DNA of 64,000 nucleotides from Bacteroidales bacterium. Its GTDB lineage: Bacteria > Bacteroidota > Bacteroidia > Bacteroidales > UBA932. Positions within the stretch are counted from its first letter, which is position 1. Each line of letters begins with the position of its first letter. The stretch covers positions 1,207 through 65,206 of the forward strand of contig JAQVTG010000005.1 of NCBI GenBank assembly GCA_028700155.1, written 5' to 3'. The position numbers and the translations under genes are program-made. Below are positions 27,510-37,448 of this stretch, piece by piece. The notes below the pieces were generated by a model that made no database searches, was not told where the DNA came from, and worked only from the letters and a program-made list of their open reading frames with translations.

Positions 27510-28652
27510 ATGTTATATTTTCTGCAACACTACTGGTGGATGGTGGTATCCCTTCTGGGAGCTTTACTGGTGTTTCTGATGTTTGTCCAGGGTGGTCAGA
27601 CTCTGCTGTTTCTCACAACCAGAAATGAAGATGAGAAGAGTATCCTTGTGAACACTTTCGGACACAAATGGGAGCTGACATTTACAACTCTGGTCACATT
27701 TGGAGGTGCTCTTTTTGCCTCTTTTCCACTTTACTACTCCACCTCCTTTGGAGGGGCATACTGGCTGTGGATCACAATTTTATTTCTATTTGTGATACAA
27801 GCTGTATCCTACGAGTACAGAGGCAAAGCCGGCAACTTACTTGGAGCCCGTACCTACGAGATGTTTCTTTTCCTTAACGGTATGGCCGGCACCATTCTTT
27901 TGGGTGTGGCTGTGGGAACCTTCTTTACGGGTGGAGAGTTTATTATGAACAAAAACAGTATCACAGAGATACTCAATCCGACCATCTCCTACTGGGCCAA
28001 TTCAGCTCATGGTCTGGATGCCGTGACAATACCTTTCAATCTTGGAATGGGCATTGTTGTATTTCTGGCAGCCCGTACTCTGGGAACCCTGTATGTAATA
28101 ATGCAGGTAGACTCCCCGGAACTGGTCTCAAGGTGCAGAAAGCAGGTTAAAATCACAGCACCTGCCTTTGTTGCCGGATTTCTGCTGCTGTTAGCCGCCC
28201 TGTTCACAATGACAGGATATTCTGTAGAGCCCGCCACAGGAATAGTATCTCCTGTAAAGTTCAAATATTTTCTTAATATGACCACTCTTGTGTGGCCGTT
28301 GATCATACTCATCGCCGGATTGATTCTTGTTCTGACGGGAATTGTCAAATCCTTTACCGGCAAAAGTAAATTCAGCTTCTACGCAACCGGAGCAGGTGTT
28401 TTTCTTGCCGTTTGGAGTCTCCTTATCTGCGCCGCATTCAACAACACAGCCTTTTTTGTCTCAAAGGTAGATCCCCGGATGTCTCTCACACTTTATAACA
28501 GCTCATCCAGTGAGTTTACACTTAAGGTTATGGCTTATGCATCCCTCCTTCTTCCCTTTGTGGCCGGCTACATAATTTATGTGTGGAGGGCTTTGACAAA
28601 GAGCCGGATTAATCAGGATGATCTGAACAAGCCGGATGCTCACAAATATTGA
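27510..28652 (+). CDS. cydB: Cytochrome bd oxidase subunit II
   Basis: A 380-aa polytopic protein immediately after cydA, with the typical CydB N-terminus (YWWMVVSLLGALLVFLMFVQGGQ). Confidence 0.9.
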   Translation: MLYFLQHYWWMVVSLLGALLVFLMFVQGGQTLLFLTTRNEDEKSILVNTFGHKWELTFTTLVTFGGALFASFPLYYSTSFGGAYWLWITILFLFVIQAVSYEYRGKAGNLLGARTYEMFLFLNGMAGTILLGVAVGTFFTGGEFIMNKNSITEILNPTISYWANSAHGLDAVTIPFNLGMGIVVFLAARTLGTLYVIMQVDSPELVSRCRKQVKITAPAFVAGFLLLLAALFTMTGYSVEPATGIVSPVKFKYFLNMTTLVWPLIILIAGLILVLTGIVKSFTGKSKFSFYATGAGVFLAVWSLLICAAFNNTAFFVSKVDPRMSLTLYNSSSSEFTLKVMAYASLLLPFVAGYIIYVWRALTKSRINQDDLNKPDAHKY

Positions 28653-28687
28653 TTGGAAAGAGGATATTGGGAATAGGATCCTGAGTA

Positions 28688-29557
28688 TTATTTACGGGAA
28701 GCAACAAGTGTATTGAGCAAAAGAGCCACTCTTGTCATCGGGCCTACTCCTCCGGGTACAGGTGTGATATAGGAGGCAAGAGGTGCAACAGTATCAAAAT
28801 CGACATCACCTTCCAGTCTGAATCCGGATTTTGTATCCGGCGTCTCAACTCTTGTTATTCCGACGTCAATAACCACTGCTCCCTTTTTGACCATATCTCC
28901 TTTAAGGAATCCGGGTCTCCCCAGAGCGGCCACAACTATATCGGCACTTCTTGTATAAGCAGCAATATCCCTGGTTCTGCTGTGGCATAAAGTGACTGTA
29001 CAATCTCCGGGAGATGATTTAAGCGAGAGCAGGTTTGCCAGAGGTCTCCCGACAATGTTGCTCCTGCCGATTATAACACAGTGTTTCCCTGAGGTCTCTA
29101 TATTGTATCTCTTTAATAATTCCAGAATTCCAAGAGGTGTTGCAGAAATATAAGAGGGAATGCCCAACATCATTTTCCCAACATTTACAGGATGAAACCC
29201 ATCCACATCCTTGGCAGGGTCAACAGTCTCAATGATAGTCATTTCATCTATGTGTGGAGGCAGGGGCAACTGAACTATCAGGCCATCAATATCATTGTCT
29301 GCATTCATCTCCTTTATTCTCTCAGTCAGCTCCATCTGTGTTAAAGAGGCCGGCAGACGCAAAACCGTGGATTTGAAACCCACCTGTATGCAGTCCCGCT
29401 CCTTGTTGTCCACATATGTTCTGGAGGCACCATCTTCTCCGACAAGAATGGCTGCAAGGTGAGGCACTTTACCACCCCCGGAGATTATATCCTTTGTCTG
29501 TTGTGCAATCTCTGATTTTATCTGCTCTGCAGTTTTTTTCCCGTCAAGAAGTATCAT
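28688..29557 (-). CDS. folD: Bifunctional 5,10-methylene-THF dehydrogenase / methenyl-THF cyclohydrolase
   Basis: [14 protein letters not shown]...[17 protein letters not shown]...[10 protein letters not shown]...VDGFHPVN.G...GRSNIVGRP...PGGVGPMT are canonical FolD motifs. Confidence 0.95.
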   Translation of the reverse strand: MILLDGKKTAEQIKSEIAQQTKDIISGGGKVPHLAAILVGEDGASRTYVDNKERDCIQVGFKSTVLRLPASLTQMELTERIKEMNADNDIDGLIVQLPLPPHIDEMTIIETVDPAKDVDGFHPVNVGKMMLGIPSYISATPLGILELLKRYNIETSGKHCVIIGRSNIVGRPLANLLSLKSSPGDCTVTLCHSRTRDIAAYTRSADIVVAALGRPGFLKGDMVKKGAVVIDVGITRVETPDTKSGFRLEGDVDFDTVAPLASYITPVPGGVGPMTRVALLLNTLVASRK

Positions 29558-29572
29558 AACATTCTGTTTTTT

Positions 29573-30433
29573 TTATAATTCTGAGGAGGAAGATGCACTA
29601 AAGGTATCCCCCTTTCTGATATCTCCTGATGAATAACCAAGTTTAAACCACCTCATTCTCTGGGCAGAGGTGCCGTGAGTAAAAGAATCGGGAACCACAT
29701 ATCCCTGAGCTTCTTTTTGAAGGGTGTCATCACCTATTGCCCTTGCTGCATTCATAGCCTCCTCAATATCCCCATCCTCAAGTACATCCTTGTATTTTGC
29801 CACATAGTGGGCCCACACTCCGGCATAGAAATCAGCCTGGAGCTCCAGTCTGACCGTAAGATCATTCATCTGTTTTTCAGATACCCTGCCCCTGTAGCTG
29901 TTGACTTTATCCAGAACACCCGTGAGCTTTTGAACATGGTGTCCGACTTCGTGCGCTACAATGTACGCCTGGACAAAGTCACCGGCCGCCCCAACCTGTT
30001 TCTGCAGCTTTTCCATAAAGGAGATATCAATATAGACCTTCTCATCTCCGGGACAATAAAAGGGACCGGTCTGTGAAGAGGTCTGTCCGCATGCAGAAGA
30101 GACAGCATCCCTGAAAAACACCAGTGTGGGCATTCTGTAACTTTCATCCATCCCGGAAAATATGTCAATCCATACATCCTCTGTGTCTGCCAGTACGACA
30201 CTCAGAAACTCAGCTGTCTCCTTCTCCTTTTCGGTAACAACAGCAGGTTTTTCACTTCCCGGATCCTGAGTGTACTGAACCATCTGAAGAGCCTGTGATG
30301 GATCTCCTGTCAGCCACCAGAGCAAAAGTGCCCCGATAATTGCAGGTAAAGAGAACATCCCGATTTTTTTACCGCTAACCGATGAGTTTCTATACTCAAC
30401 ATTGCTGCTTTGCCGTCTTCCCTGCCAACGCAT
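29573..30433 (-). CDS. Neutral zinc metallopeptidase (YpfJ-like), membrane-anchored
   Basis: HExxH motif (AHEVGHHVQ), an N-terminal TM (FSLPAIIGALLLWWL) and the GPFYCPGD motif typical of the Zn_peptidase family. Confidence 0.75.
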   Translation of the reverse strand: MRWQGRRQSSNVEYRNSSVSGKKIGMFSLPAIIGALLLWWLTGDPSQALQMVQYTQDPGSEKPAVVTEKEKETAEFLSVVLADTEDVWIDIFSGMDESYRMPTLVFFRDAVSSACGQTSSQTGPFYCPGDEKVYIDISFMEKLQKQVGAAGDFVQAYIVAHEVGHHVQKLTGVLDKVNSYRGRVSEKQMNDLTVRLELQADFYAGVWAHYVAKYKDVLEDGDIEEAMNAARAIGDDTLQKEAQGYVVPDSFTHGTSAQRMRWFKLGYSSGDIRKGDTFSASSSSEL

Positions 30434-30492
30434 AATATATTATTTTAAAGGTTAATACAGATTTTACAAGGTCATCTCCTGATCAAACAAGA

Positions 30493-31824
30493 TCATCTCC
30501 TGAAAGCATTCATTGCTCTCAGAGCACCCTTACCTGCCCCTCCTGACATGGTCTTCATTATTTTTCTCATCTCCTCGAACTGCTTTAAAAGTCTGTTCAC
30601 TTCCGGCACGGATGTCCCGCTGCCCAGAGCAACTCTCTTTCTTCTGCTGCCGTTAAGCAGTTGGGGATTTTCTCTCTCCAGTGGTGTCATAGATTGTATA
30701 ATTGCCTCAATGTTTTTAAAAGAGGTGTTATCCAGATCAATATCCCTGAGAGCTTTACCCATTCCGGGAATCATTGATGCCAGCTCTTTTATGTTTCCCA
30801 TCTTTTTGATCTGCTGGATCTGACTGTAGAAATCCCACAGGGTAAACTGATCTTTTGCTATTTTTTTCTGGAGTTTCCTGGCCTCCTCCTCGTCATATTG
30901 CTCCTGCGCCTTTTCTACCAGCGAAACTACGTCTCCCATACCCAGAATCCTGTCGGCAATACGGGCAGGATAGAATATATCCAGAGCCTCCATCTTCTCC
31001 CCTGCAGATACAAACTTGATAGGTTTGTTGACAACAGCCTTGATGGAAAGTGCAGCCCCTCCCCTGGTGTCACCATCCAGCTTGGTCAATACAACTCCAT
31101 CGAAATCAAGCCTTTCATTAAATGTTTTTGCAGTTTCAACAGCATCCTGACCTGTCATTGAGTCCACAACAAAGAGGGTCTCTGTCGGATTTACCGACTT
31201 TTTGATAGACTTTATCTCTGTCATCATCTGTTCATCAATAGCAAGCCGTCCGGCAGTATCGATTATTACCAGGGAATACCCCTCCTGACGGGCTTTGGAA
31301 ACAGCATTTTTTGCAATCTGAACCGGATTGACAGATCCCTCCTCTGTATAGACAGGAACATTCACCTGCTCACCCAGTATCTTAAGCTGCTCAATAGCAG
31401 CCGGTCTGTAAACGTCGCAGGCTGCTAGCATACACTTTAAACCTCTTTTGGTTCTGCAATGCAGAGCCAGTTTCCCGGAAAATGTGGTTTTGCCTGATCC
31501 CTGCAGACCTGCAACCAGAACAATTCCCGGATTCCCCTTGACGGAGATATCTGAAGCCTGGCTTCCCATAAGGGCAGTAAGTTCATCATGAACTATTTTG
31601 GTCATCATCTGACCAGGCCTTACAGATTTAAGTACATCCTGTCCAAGAGCCTTCTGTTTTACATCGTCACAAAAGTTTTTTGCTATCTTGTAACTGACAT
31701 CCGCATCCAGCAACGCCTTACGGATCTCTTTTAGGGTTTCGGCCACATTGATCTCAGTAATCCTTCCCTCACCCTTGAGCATCTTAAAAGAGCTCTCCAA
31801 CCTGTCAATTAAATTCTCAAACAT
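30493..31824 (-). CDS. ffh: Signal recognition particle protein Ffh
   Basis: G-domain GLQGSGKTT, DTAGR and TKLDGDTRGG, followed by a Met-rich M domain (IKKMGNIKELASMIPGMG). Confidence 0.95.
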   Translation of the reverse strand: MFENLIDRLESSFKMLKGEGRITEINVAETLKEIRKALLDADVSYKIAKNFCDDVKQKALGQDVLKSVRPGQMMTKIVHDELTALMGSQASDISVKGNPGIVLVAGLQGSGKTTFSGKLALHCRTKRGLKCMLAACDVYRPAAIEQLKILGEQVNVPVYTEEGSVNPVQIAKNAVSKARQEGYSLVIIDTAGRLAIDEQMMTEIKSIKKSVNPTETLFVVDSMTGQDAVETAKTFNERLDFDGVVLTKLDGDTRGGAALSIKAVVNKPIKFVSAGEKMEALDIFYPARIADRILGMGDVVSLVEKAQEQYDEEEARKLQKKIAKDQFTLWDFYSQIQQIKKMGNIKELASMIPGMGKALRDIDLDNTSFKNIEAIIQSMTPLERENPQLLNGSRRKRVALGSGTSVPEVNRLLKQFEEMRKIMKTMSGGAGKGALRAMNAFRR

Positions 31825-31859
31825 CTCTCCCTGGTTTTATTTAAAGAGCGCGAAAATAA

Positions 31860-32468
31860 CTATTTTTTTAGGAATTGCCTCAGTATTTTACGCCCTTCAT
31901 CGTTTACGATAGCCTCCAGATGATATCTTACAAGCTCAGAATGAAATACATATGGATTCATCAGAAACTTATAGGATCCGTTCCATGAATATATCTTTGC
32001 CATAGACGATGTAAAAAAGAGTGTCACAAGCTCCTTGTTAATATCATTCCTGTAAAGGGATTCGGTGATCCCTCTCTCAAGATTTTCTTTTATTATCCTG
32101 GAATAGAAGCTCATACGGTTAGTGTGATCCAATAGGTGCAGATCGGGCAGACAAGTTGCAGTGTCGTGCAGTAAAACCGGACCAATATCCTCAAGAGCCT
32201 TATTCATCATATTGCTGGTTTGGTACAGAGCTTCAATGGCATTTTTGCCCTGACTGAGTGCAATATTTATCCTGAACTCTATATCCTCAAGCACATGCTT
32301 CATGACTGCCCGCATAAGCACATCCTTGCTTATAAAATTATTATAGAGGGTTTTCTTTGTTATATTGAGCTCTTTGGCAATTACATCCATAGTAAGTTGA
32401 AGTCCCCTCTTCTTAAAAAGCCTTAATAATTGGGCAATGTATTTATCCCTGGAACTGACTCTGCTCAT
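31860..32468 (-). CDS. TetR/AcrR family transcriptional regulator
   Basis: An N-terminal HTH (MDVIAKELNITKKTLYNNFISKD) and a 202-aa all-helical pattern. Confidence 0.75.
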   Translation of the reverse strand: MSRVSSRDKYIAQLLRLFKKRGLQLTMDVIAKELNITKKTLYNNFISKDVLMRAVMKHVLEDIEFRINIALSQGKNAIEALYQTSNMMNKALEDIGPVLLHDTATCLPDLHLLDHTNRMSFYSRIIKENLERGITESLYRNDINKELVTLFFTSSMAKIYSWNGSYKFLMNPYVFHSELVRYHLEAIVNDEGRKILRQFLKK

Positions 32469-32489
32469 ATCTTCATATTTTAAAAATTA

Positions 32490-33638
32490 CTATTCTGAAT
32501 AGACCGAAACCGGAAGATCTCTCTGGTTATACCGCATACTCATAACCTGTCCGTATGCTCCGGCTGTTCTTATTGCAATCAGATCTCCCCTGCATGTTTC
32601 TGCAAGTGGAATGTTCCTTGCAAAAAAATCGCTGGATTCACATATCGGACCAACAACATCATACCGGACAATCTTTTTATCAGAAGATAGATTCTCTATC
32701 TTGTGATGGACTTTGTAAAGTGCAGGTCTGATAAGATCTGTCATTCCGGCATCCAGTATTACAAATTTCTTTCCCCTGCCCTCCTTTACATATAGAACTT
32801 TGGAAATCAGCGACCCGCATTGAGCAACCAGAGCTCTGCCCGGCTCAAAATGCACTTTTTGGCCGGGATACACCTTAAGATTACGGTTAATAATTCTGAA
32901 ATAGGTGGAAAAGTCAGGTACCGGATTGTTATCCGGTTCATCGTAGTTGACACCCAGACCTCCTCCCAGATTTATATTTCTGACCTCCTCCCCGCGGTTT
33001 CTGAACCACTGCTGAAGTTCGTTTACTCTGGAACAAAGCATTTCAAATACACTCATATCCGTAATCTGCGACCCGATGTGGAAATGAAGTCCCATGAACC
33101 TGATGTTGGCCGATTGTTTTATGGTCTGCATTACATCTTCAAACCTCCAGGGACTTATTCCGAACTTATCCCTGGATTTTCCGGTACTTATATATTTATG
33201 CGTGTGTGCATCAATGTCGGGATTTACTCTGATTGAGACTGATGCAGTCACTCCCATCGACCCCGCAATCTGATTGATCACCTCAATTTCGGGGATTGAT
33301 TCGCAATTGAAACAGTGAATTTTGCTCTTGAGGGAGTTGATAATCTCTTCATCGGATTTACCTACCCCTGCAAATACAATTTTGTCAGGAGCGAATCCGG
33401 ATTTAACTGCCAGCAGGACTTCATTACCACTCACACAATCTGCTCCCAATCCATAATCTTTTATTAACGAGAGAAGTACAGGATCACAATTGGCTTTAAG
33501 CGCATAGTGGGCCTGATATCCGTAAAGTTTTATCTCAGAGGAGTATCTTTCCAGGGTTTGTTTTAGAAGTTCCAGATCATAAAAATAGAAAGGAGTCTTT
33601 GCTCCCGGTATTTTTACTGATATTTTTGAAGCTAGCAT
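32490..33638 (-). CDS. lysA: Diaminopimelate decarboxylase (fold-III PLP decarboxylase)
   Basis: TPFYFYD, PLP-Lys YALKAN, HFHIGSQ, NLGGGLGV, EPGRALVA and GPICESSD. The CESxD motif favours DAP over Orn/Arg decarboxylases. Confidence 0.8.
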   Translation of the reverse strand: MLASKISVKIPGAKTPFYFYDLELLKQTLERYSSEIKLYGYQAHYALKANCDPVLLSLIKDYGLGADCVSGNEVLLAVKSGFAPDKIVFAGVGKSDEEIINSLKSKIHCFNCESIPEIEVINQIAGSMGVTASVSIRVNPDIDAHTHKYISTGKSRDKFGISPWRFEDVMQTIKQSANIRFMGLHFHIGSQITDMSVFEMLCSRVNELQQWFRNRGEEVRNINLGGGLGVNYDEPDNNPVPDFSTYFRIINRNLKVYPGQKVHFEPGRALVAQCGSLISKVLYVKEGRGKKFVILDAGMTDLIRPALYKVHHKIENLSSDKKIVRYDVVGPICESSDFFARNIPLAETCRGDLIAIRTAGAYGQVMSMRYNQRDLPVSVYSE

Positions 33639-33657
33639 ACTGATATATATAGGCCAA

Positions 33658-33665
33658 CAAAAATA
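33658..33665 (-). promoter_or_regulatory. -7 promoter box for lysA (TATTTTTG on the minus strand)
   Basis: CAAAAATA on the plus strand, 19 nt upstream of the lysA ATG. Confidence 0.45.
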
Positions 33666-33695
33666 ATAAAAAAGTTGTTCTTTCTTTAAAATATC

Positions 33696-33703
33696 TATCT
33701 TTG
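33696..33703 (+). promoter_or_regulatory. -7 promoter box (TATCTTTG) for the deoxyhypusine-synthase-like gene
   Basis: Matches TAnnTTTG, 19 nt upstream of the ATG at 33723. Confidence 0.5.
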
Positions 33704-33722
33704 CACAAAATTTTTAACCATC

Positions 33723-34787
33723 ATGAAACCAAATAAAAAAGAGCTCCTGAGCGAAACAATTAAACATATCGACATCACCGCACTTGACTCCACATATATC
33801 ATTGACTCAATGAGACAAATGTCGTTTTCATCCAGAGACACTGCCTCTGCGGCAGATATTCTGCAGCTTATGATAAACGATAAGGAGTCAACCAACTGGC
33901 TGATTCTTGCTGGCAGCACCTCTGCCGGCGGATGTATGCAGGTTTATGTGGATATGATTCGCTTTAAAATGATTGATGCGATTGTATCCACCGGTGCATC
34001 AATCATCGATATGGATTTCTTTGAAGCTCTTGGTTACAAACATTACAAAGGCAGCCAGTTCGTGAACGACACACATCTGAGGAGCAACTATATCGACAGG
34101 ATTTATGACACATATATAGACGAAGAAGAGTTGCAGAACTGTGATGCTACCATTAAGAAAATAGCTGACTCACTGGAACCAAGACCATATTCTTCCAGGG
34201 AGTTTATCCGTGAAATCGGCAGATGGCTTGTAAAAAAATCAGTAAAAAAGAACTCACTTATCCAAACAGCTTTTGAGCATAATGTTCCAATTTTTGTTCC
34301 GGCCTTTAGTGACTGTAGTGCCGGATTTGGTCTTGTGATGCATCAGATTGAAAGAATGAAAGAGGGAAAACCTTATATGACCATAGATTCAGTTGCTGAT
34401 TTCCGTGAACTTACAGAGGTAAAACTTTCTGCCAAAACCAGCGGTCTCTTTATGGTAGGCGGAGGTGTTCCCAAGAATTTTGCACAGGATACCGTTGTGT
34501 GCGCAGAGTGTCTGGGTTTTGATGTTCCAATGCACAAATATGCAGTACAGATTACCGTTGCCGATGTCAGGGACGGAGCCTGTTCAAGCTCAACCCTTAA
34601 GGAGGCAAACTCATGGGGGAAGGTAGATACCGTCCACGAACAGATGGTTTATGCAGAAGCCACTACCGTAGTTCCCCTGATTGTAAGCTATGCATACAGA
34701 AAGGGTGACTGGAAAAAGAGAGAATTAAAAAACCACTCACTTTTGTTTGCAAACGGAACAAAAGGGAGCGGCATTTTGCTGAAATAA
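33723..34787 (+). CDS. Deoxyhypusine synthase family protein (bacterial DHS-like aminobutyl transferase)
   Basis: LAGSTSAGG, VSTGASIID, MVGGGVPKNF and EANSWGKV align with the eukaryotic DHS NAD-binding and active-site motifs (human EAVSWGK, Lys329). The protein is 354 aa. Confidence 0.8.
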   Translation: MKPNKKELLSETIKHIDITALDSTYIIDSMRQMSFSSRDTASAADILQLMINDKESTNWLILAGSTSAGGCMQVYVDMIRFKMIDAIVSTGASIIDMDFFEALGYKHYKGSQFVNDTHLRSNYIDRIYDTYIDEEELQNCDATIKKIADSLEPRPYSSREFIREIGRWLVKKSVKKNSLIQTAFEHNVPIFVPAFSDCSAGFGLVMHQIERMKEGKPYMTIDSVADFRELTEVKLSAKTSGLFMVGGGVPKNFAQDTVVCAECLGFDVPMHKYAVQITVADVRDGACSSSTLKEANSWGKVDTVHEQMVYAEATTVVPLIVSYAYRKGDWKKRELKNHSLLFANGTKGSGILLK

Positions 34788-34799
34788 ATAATTTCCCGG

Positions 34800-36299
34800 T
34801 TATCCGGCATGCTCTTTTCTCAGCAGGTCAAAAACTGTCTTGACCGGGTTGAAAGTTATTAACGGAACTTCTACAAAAAGTGTATTCCACTGACTCATGG
34901 AACCATTCCATAACCCCGGAAGTTCCAGCGCCTTAACCTCTTTGCCATTTTGGCTCTTTATGGATATGAAACCGGTTTCGGGATCTGTGTATTTGTGCAG
35001 ATCAAATTTTTCTCCCCTGTAATTTTTTAGATAACAAACAATATCCACAGGATTAAAATGTGTCGATTTTTCCACAACAGCAGCAACATCAGGGTCTGAA
35101 ATATCAAATTGAACACCTTCCAGAATCTGAGGTGACAGTGCTCCATCCGGATCCATAACAATAAAGGGGCCTCCTCCCGGCTCACCGGTGTTTCTGACCA
35201 TTCCGCAAACACGTACAGGTCTGTTTAGTTTTTCTTTAAGATATGATTTAACAAGAGGTTCAGGCAAAGAGGGTATTGTAATGCTGAGTTCACTCTCCAT
35301 GAATTGAATTATTTCTCTGTTGAGATCCGGATCATCATCCTTCTCCAGTTTGTGAAGATAACTGAATATTTTATTTTTAAGATCTATAAGTGCACCGATA
35401 AGTATCTTTTTCCACTTGATTGTCTCTTCCAGATAGTTCTGGTGCACTACATTGTCAATATTCTTTATTACAACAATATCTTGGGGAATATCCCCGAGAT
35501 TCTCCAACAGGGCACCATGTCCGGCCGGGCGAAACAGCAATCTGCCGTCTTCCTTTCTGAACGGTTTGTCCTCCATGTCTACTGCTATCTTATCAGTGGA
35601 GGATTTTTGCAATGTGAATCCAATGTCAAATGTAACGTTAAGAGAGCTCTGGTATCTATCTTTAACATCGTTAAAGAGTTTTTCAAACTTTTCTCTGTGT
35701 TCCGGTGATACAGTGAATAAGATTTTTGAAATCCCTCTTTTGTCCTTACAGCTTAATGCACCTTCAACAAGCTGCTCCTCAAGGGGCGTTCTGGTCTCAT
35801 GAGCGTACCTGTGAAATTTTATCAATCCTTTGGGGAGTGATGCATAGTTTAATCCTCTGGCAGTGAGCATATGGATGGCACAGGATACCGGATTTTCCCT
35901 TTCGAAAGCAGGAAAGGAGTAGATATCATCGCAAAAAGCAAACTTGCCGATTGAATCTCTTAGTTTCCTGAGTGTCGGAAAATCAGACGAATCACCTTTG
36001 ATATTTTCCGGGTCTTCCCTCCCGGCAAGGGTGAGTTCGTTTAATATCTCTTTGAACATCCTTGTTGCAGCACCCGAAGCAGGTATAAATCTGCAGATAG
36101 TTCCTTCATATTGCTCACAAATCTCTGTTAATTCTTTAATATCGGCATCTGAGAGAATTTTAATTCCCTTACCGGGGGTGGCAGCTCTCCTTATCTCAAG
36201 AGCAGGAAAGCCCTTTTTTAAAGTCTCTATATCCTTCAATACTGATTCAACACTCTGCCCTCTCTCTTCTATGTCTTTTATATCCTTTATTGTAAGCAT
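34800..36299 (-). CDS. DUF4301 family protein (UDPGP-like nucleotidyltransferase fold suspected)
   Basis: A 499-aa protein. PASGAATRMFK and RPAGHGALLENL resemble the LNGGLGTxMG and PxGHGD motifs of UTP-sugar-1-P uridylyltransferases. The family name is from recall. Confidence 0.55.
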   Translation of the reverse strand: MLTIKDIKDIEERGQSVESVLKDIETLKKGFPALEIRRAATPGKGIKILSDADIKELTEICEQYEGTICRFIPASGAATRMFKEILNELTLAGREDPENIKGDSSDFPTLRKLRDSIGKFAFCDDIYSFPAFERENPVSCAIHMLTARGLNYASLPKGLIKFHRYAHETRTPLEEQLVEGALSCKDKRGISKILFTVSPEHREKFEKLFNDVKDRYQSSLNVTFDIGFTLQKSSTDKIAVDMEDKPFRKEDGRLLFRPAGHGALLENLGDIPQDIVVIKNIDNVVHQNYLEETIKWKKILIGALIDLKNKIFSYLHKLEKDDDPDLNREIIQFMESELSITIPSLPEPLVKSYLKEKLNRPVRVCGMVRNTGEPGGGPFIVMDPDGALSPQILEGVQFDISDPDVAAVVEKSTHFNPVDIVCYLKNYRGEKFDLHKYTDPETGFISIKSQNGKEVKALELPGLWNGSMSQWNTLFVEVPLITFNPVKTVFDLLRKEHAG

Positions 36300-36333
36300 A
36301 TTACAAGTATTATATTTAAAAATATATCAAACC

Positions 36334-37446
36334 TTAAGAATCCTGATCATCACAAATAATATCATACATTATTTTCGGGATTTCCCTTCTGTAAGAGTAC
36401 TCACTTCTGAGTTTTTCGAATGAAGATGGCTTTTCTCTTAACTTTTTGTCTTCACCAGGCATATCAAAGGTCTGATTGATAAGCGACGAGAGCGTTTCGT
36501 ACTTATCTCTCCCCGATGGAACAAAATCAAAGTCAGTTGTCTTAATAGAGAAGTCCATCAGCGGTTTTATGGAGAAAAAAGCGGCCAAGGCTCTTACAGA
36601 CATTTGTGTTGCATTCACCTTACCCTCAAGGGAGTAACCAGCAATATGAGTAGTTGCAATATCGGCTAGTTTTAACAGCTTTGTGTTTATTGAGGGCTCT
36701 CCGCTCCAGACATCCAGTACCAGCCGGTCAAAATGCTCTCTGCGAAGAATAAGTGAATCCTCATCAACGACCTCTCCCCTGGAGGTATTTATAAAGAGAG
36801 CATCGCTTTTAAGTAAAGAGATGTAATCATCACCTATATAGCCTCTTGTATCCTTTTGCAAAGGCAGATGAACCGTAACAATATCCGATGATGACAACAG
36901 ATCTTCTATTTCACAATAATCCATAGATGTCAGATAACCTCTATCCACAGGTGACGGGCCCAGCACAGGGGGATGAACTCCATCTGCAATCATTTGCCTT
37001 ACAGGGGGATCGCAACGGAGGACCCTATAACCCAACTTACCCAGGGTGTAAGCCACTCTCTCCCCCACATTGCCTGCTCCTATTACACCGGCAACCATCT
37101 TTTGAGGGCGAAATTTCCTAAAAGGCCTTAACAGGTTTATTGCACTGATCACATACTGAACGACTCCCCATGCATTGGAACCTGCTGCAGAAACTACTTC
37201 TACCCCCTGATTTCTGCAGAAGTCCATATCAATATGGTCTGTACCTATAGTTGCAGTGGCTATAAACTTTATTCCTGTATCTTCAAGAAGCTCCCTGCTG
37301 CATTTTGTCCTTGTTCTTACAATAAGTGCATCCGTTGTAATCAGGTCTCTCCGGGAGATGCTTTCTCCCTGTTTGTATGCAACTTCTGCATAAGGCTCAA
37401 AAACTCCCTTAAGAAAAGGTATGTTATTATCTGCAACAATTTTCAT
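36334..37446 (-). CDS. pdxB: 4-phosphoerythronate dehydrogenase (PLP biosynthesis)
   Basis: MKIVADNNIPF N-terminus, NAD motif GVIGAGNVGERV, a D-2-hydroxyacid dehydrogenase core and a C-terminal PdxB dimerisation extension. The protein is 370 aa. Confidence 0.85.
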   Translation of the reverse strand: MKIVADNNIPFLKGVFEPYAEVAYKQGESISRRDLITTDALIVRTRTKCSRELLEDTGIKFIATATIGTDHIDMDFCRNQGVEVVSAAGSNAWGVVQYVISAINLLRPFRKFRPQKMVAGVIGAGNVGERVAYTLGKLGYRVLRCDPPVRQMIADGVHPPVLGPSPVDRGYLTSMDYCEIEDLLSSSDIVTVHLPLQKDTRGYIGDDYISLLKSDALFINTSRGEVVDEDSLILRREHFDRLVLDVWSGEPSINTKLLKLADIATTHIAGYSLEGKVNATQMSVRALAAFFSIKPLMDFSIKTTDFDFVPSGRDKYETLSSLINQTFDMPGEDKKLREKPSSFEKLRSEYSYRREIPKIMYDIICDDQDS

Positions 37447-37448
37447 AA

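Noticed and set aside
30472-30504. 11-nt direct repeat TCATCTCCTGA x2, 22 nt apart, at the ffh stop codon
   Set aside because: It is short and present in two copies only. One copy is the last codons plus stop of ffh. No flanking mobile-element features are present, so it is likely a trivial local duplication or chance.
32490-33638. Idea that the lysA-like gene is really an ornithine/arginine or carboxy(nor)spermidine decarboxylase partnering the DHS-like gene
   Set aside because: The motif set (TPFYFYD, YALKAN, HFHIGSQ, EPGRALVA and especially GPICESSD) is that of diaminopimelate decarboxylase rather than the ODC/ADC (CDxxD) or CANSDC families. A functional link to the DHS-like gene therefore remains unsupported.
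33639-33722. Lysine riboswitch upstream of lysA, and preQ1 riboswitch upstream of queE (906-1043)
   Set aside because: The lysA leader is at most about 20 nt after its -7 box, and the whole spacer is 84 nt, far too short for an L-box. The queE spacer shows no preQ1-type hairpin or A-rich tail that I could fold.
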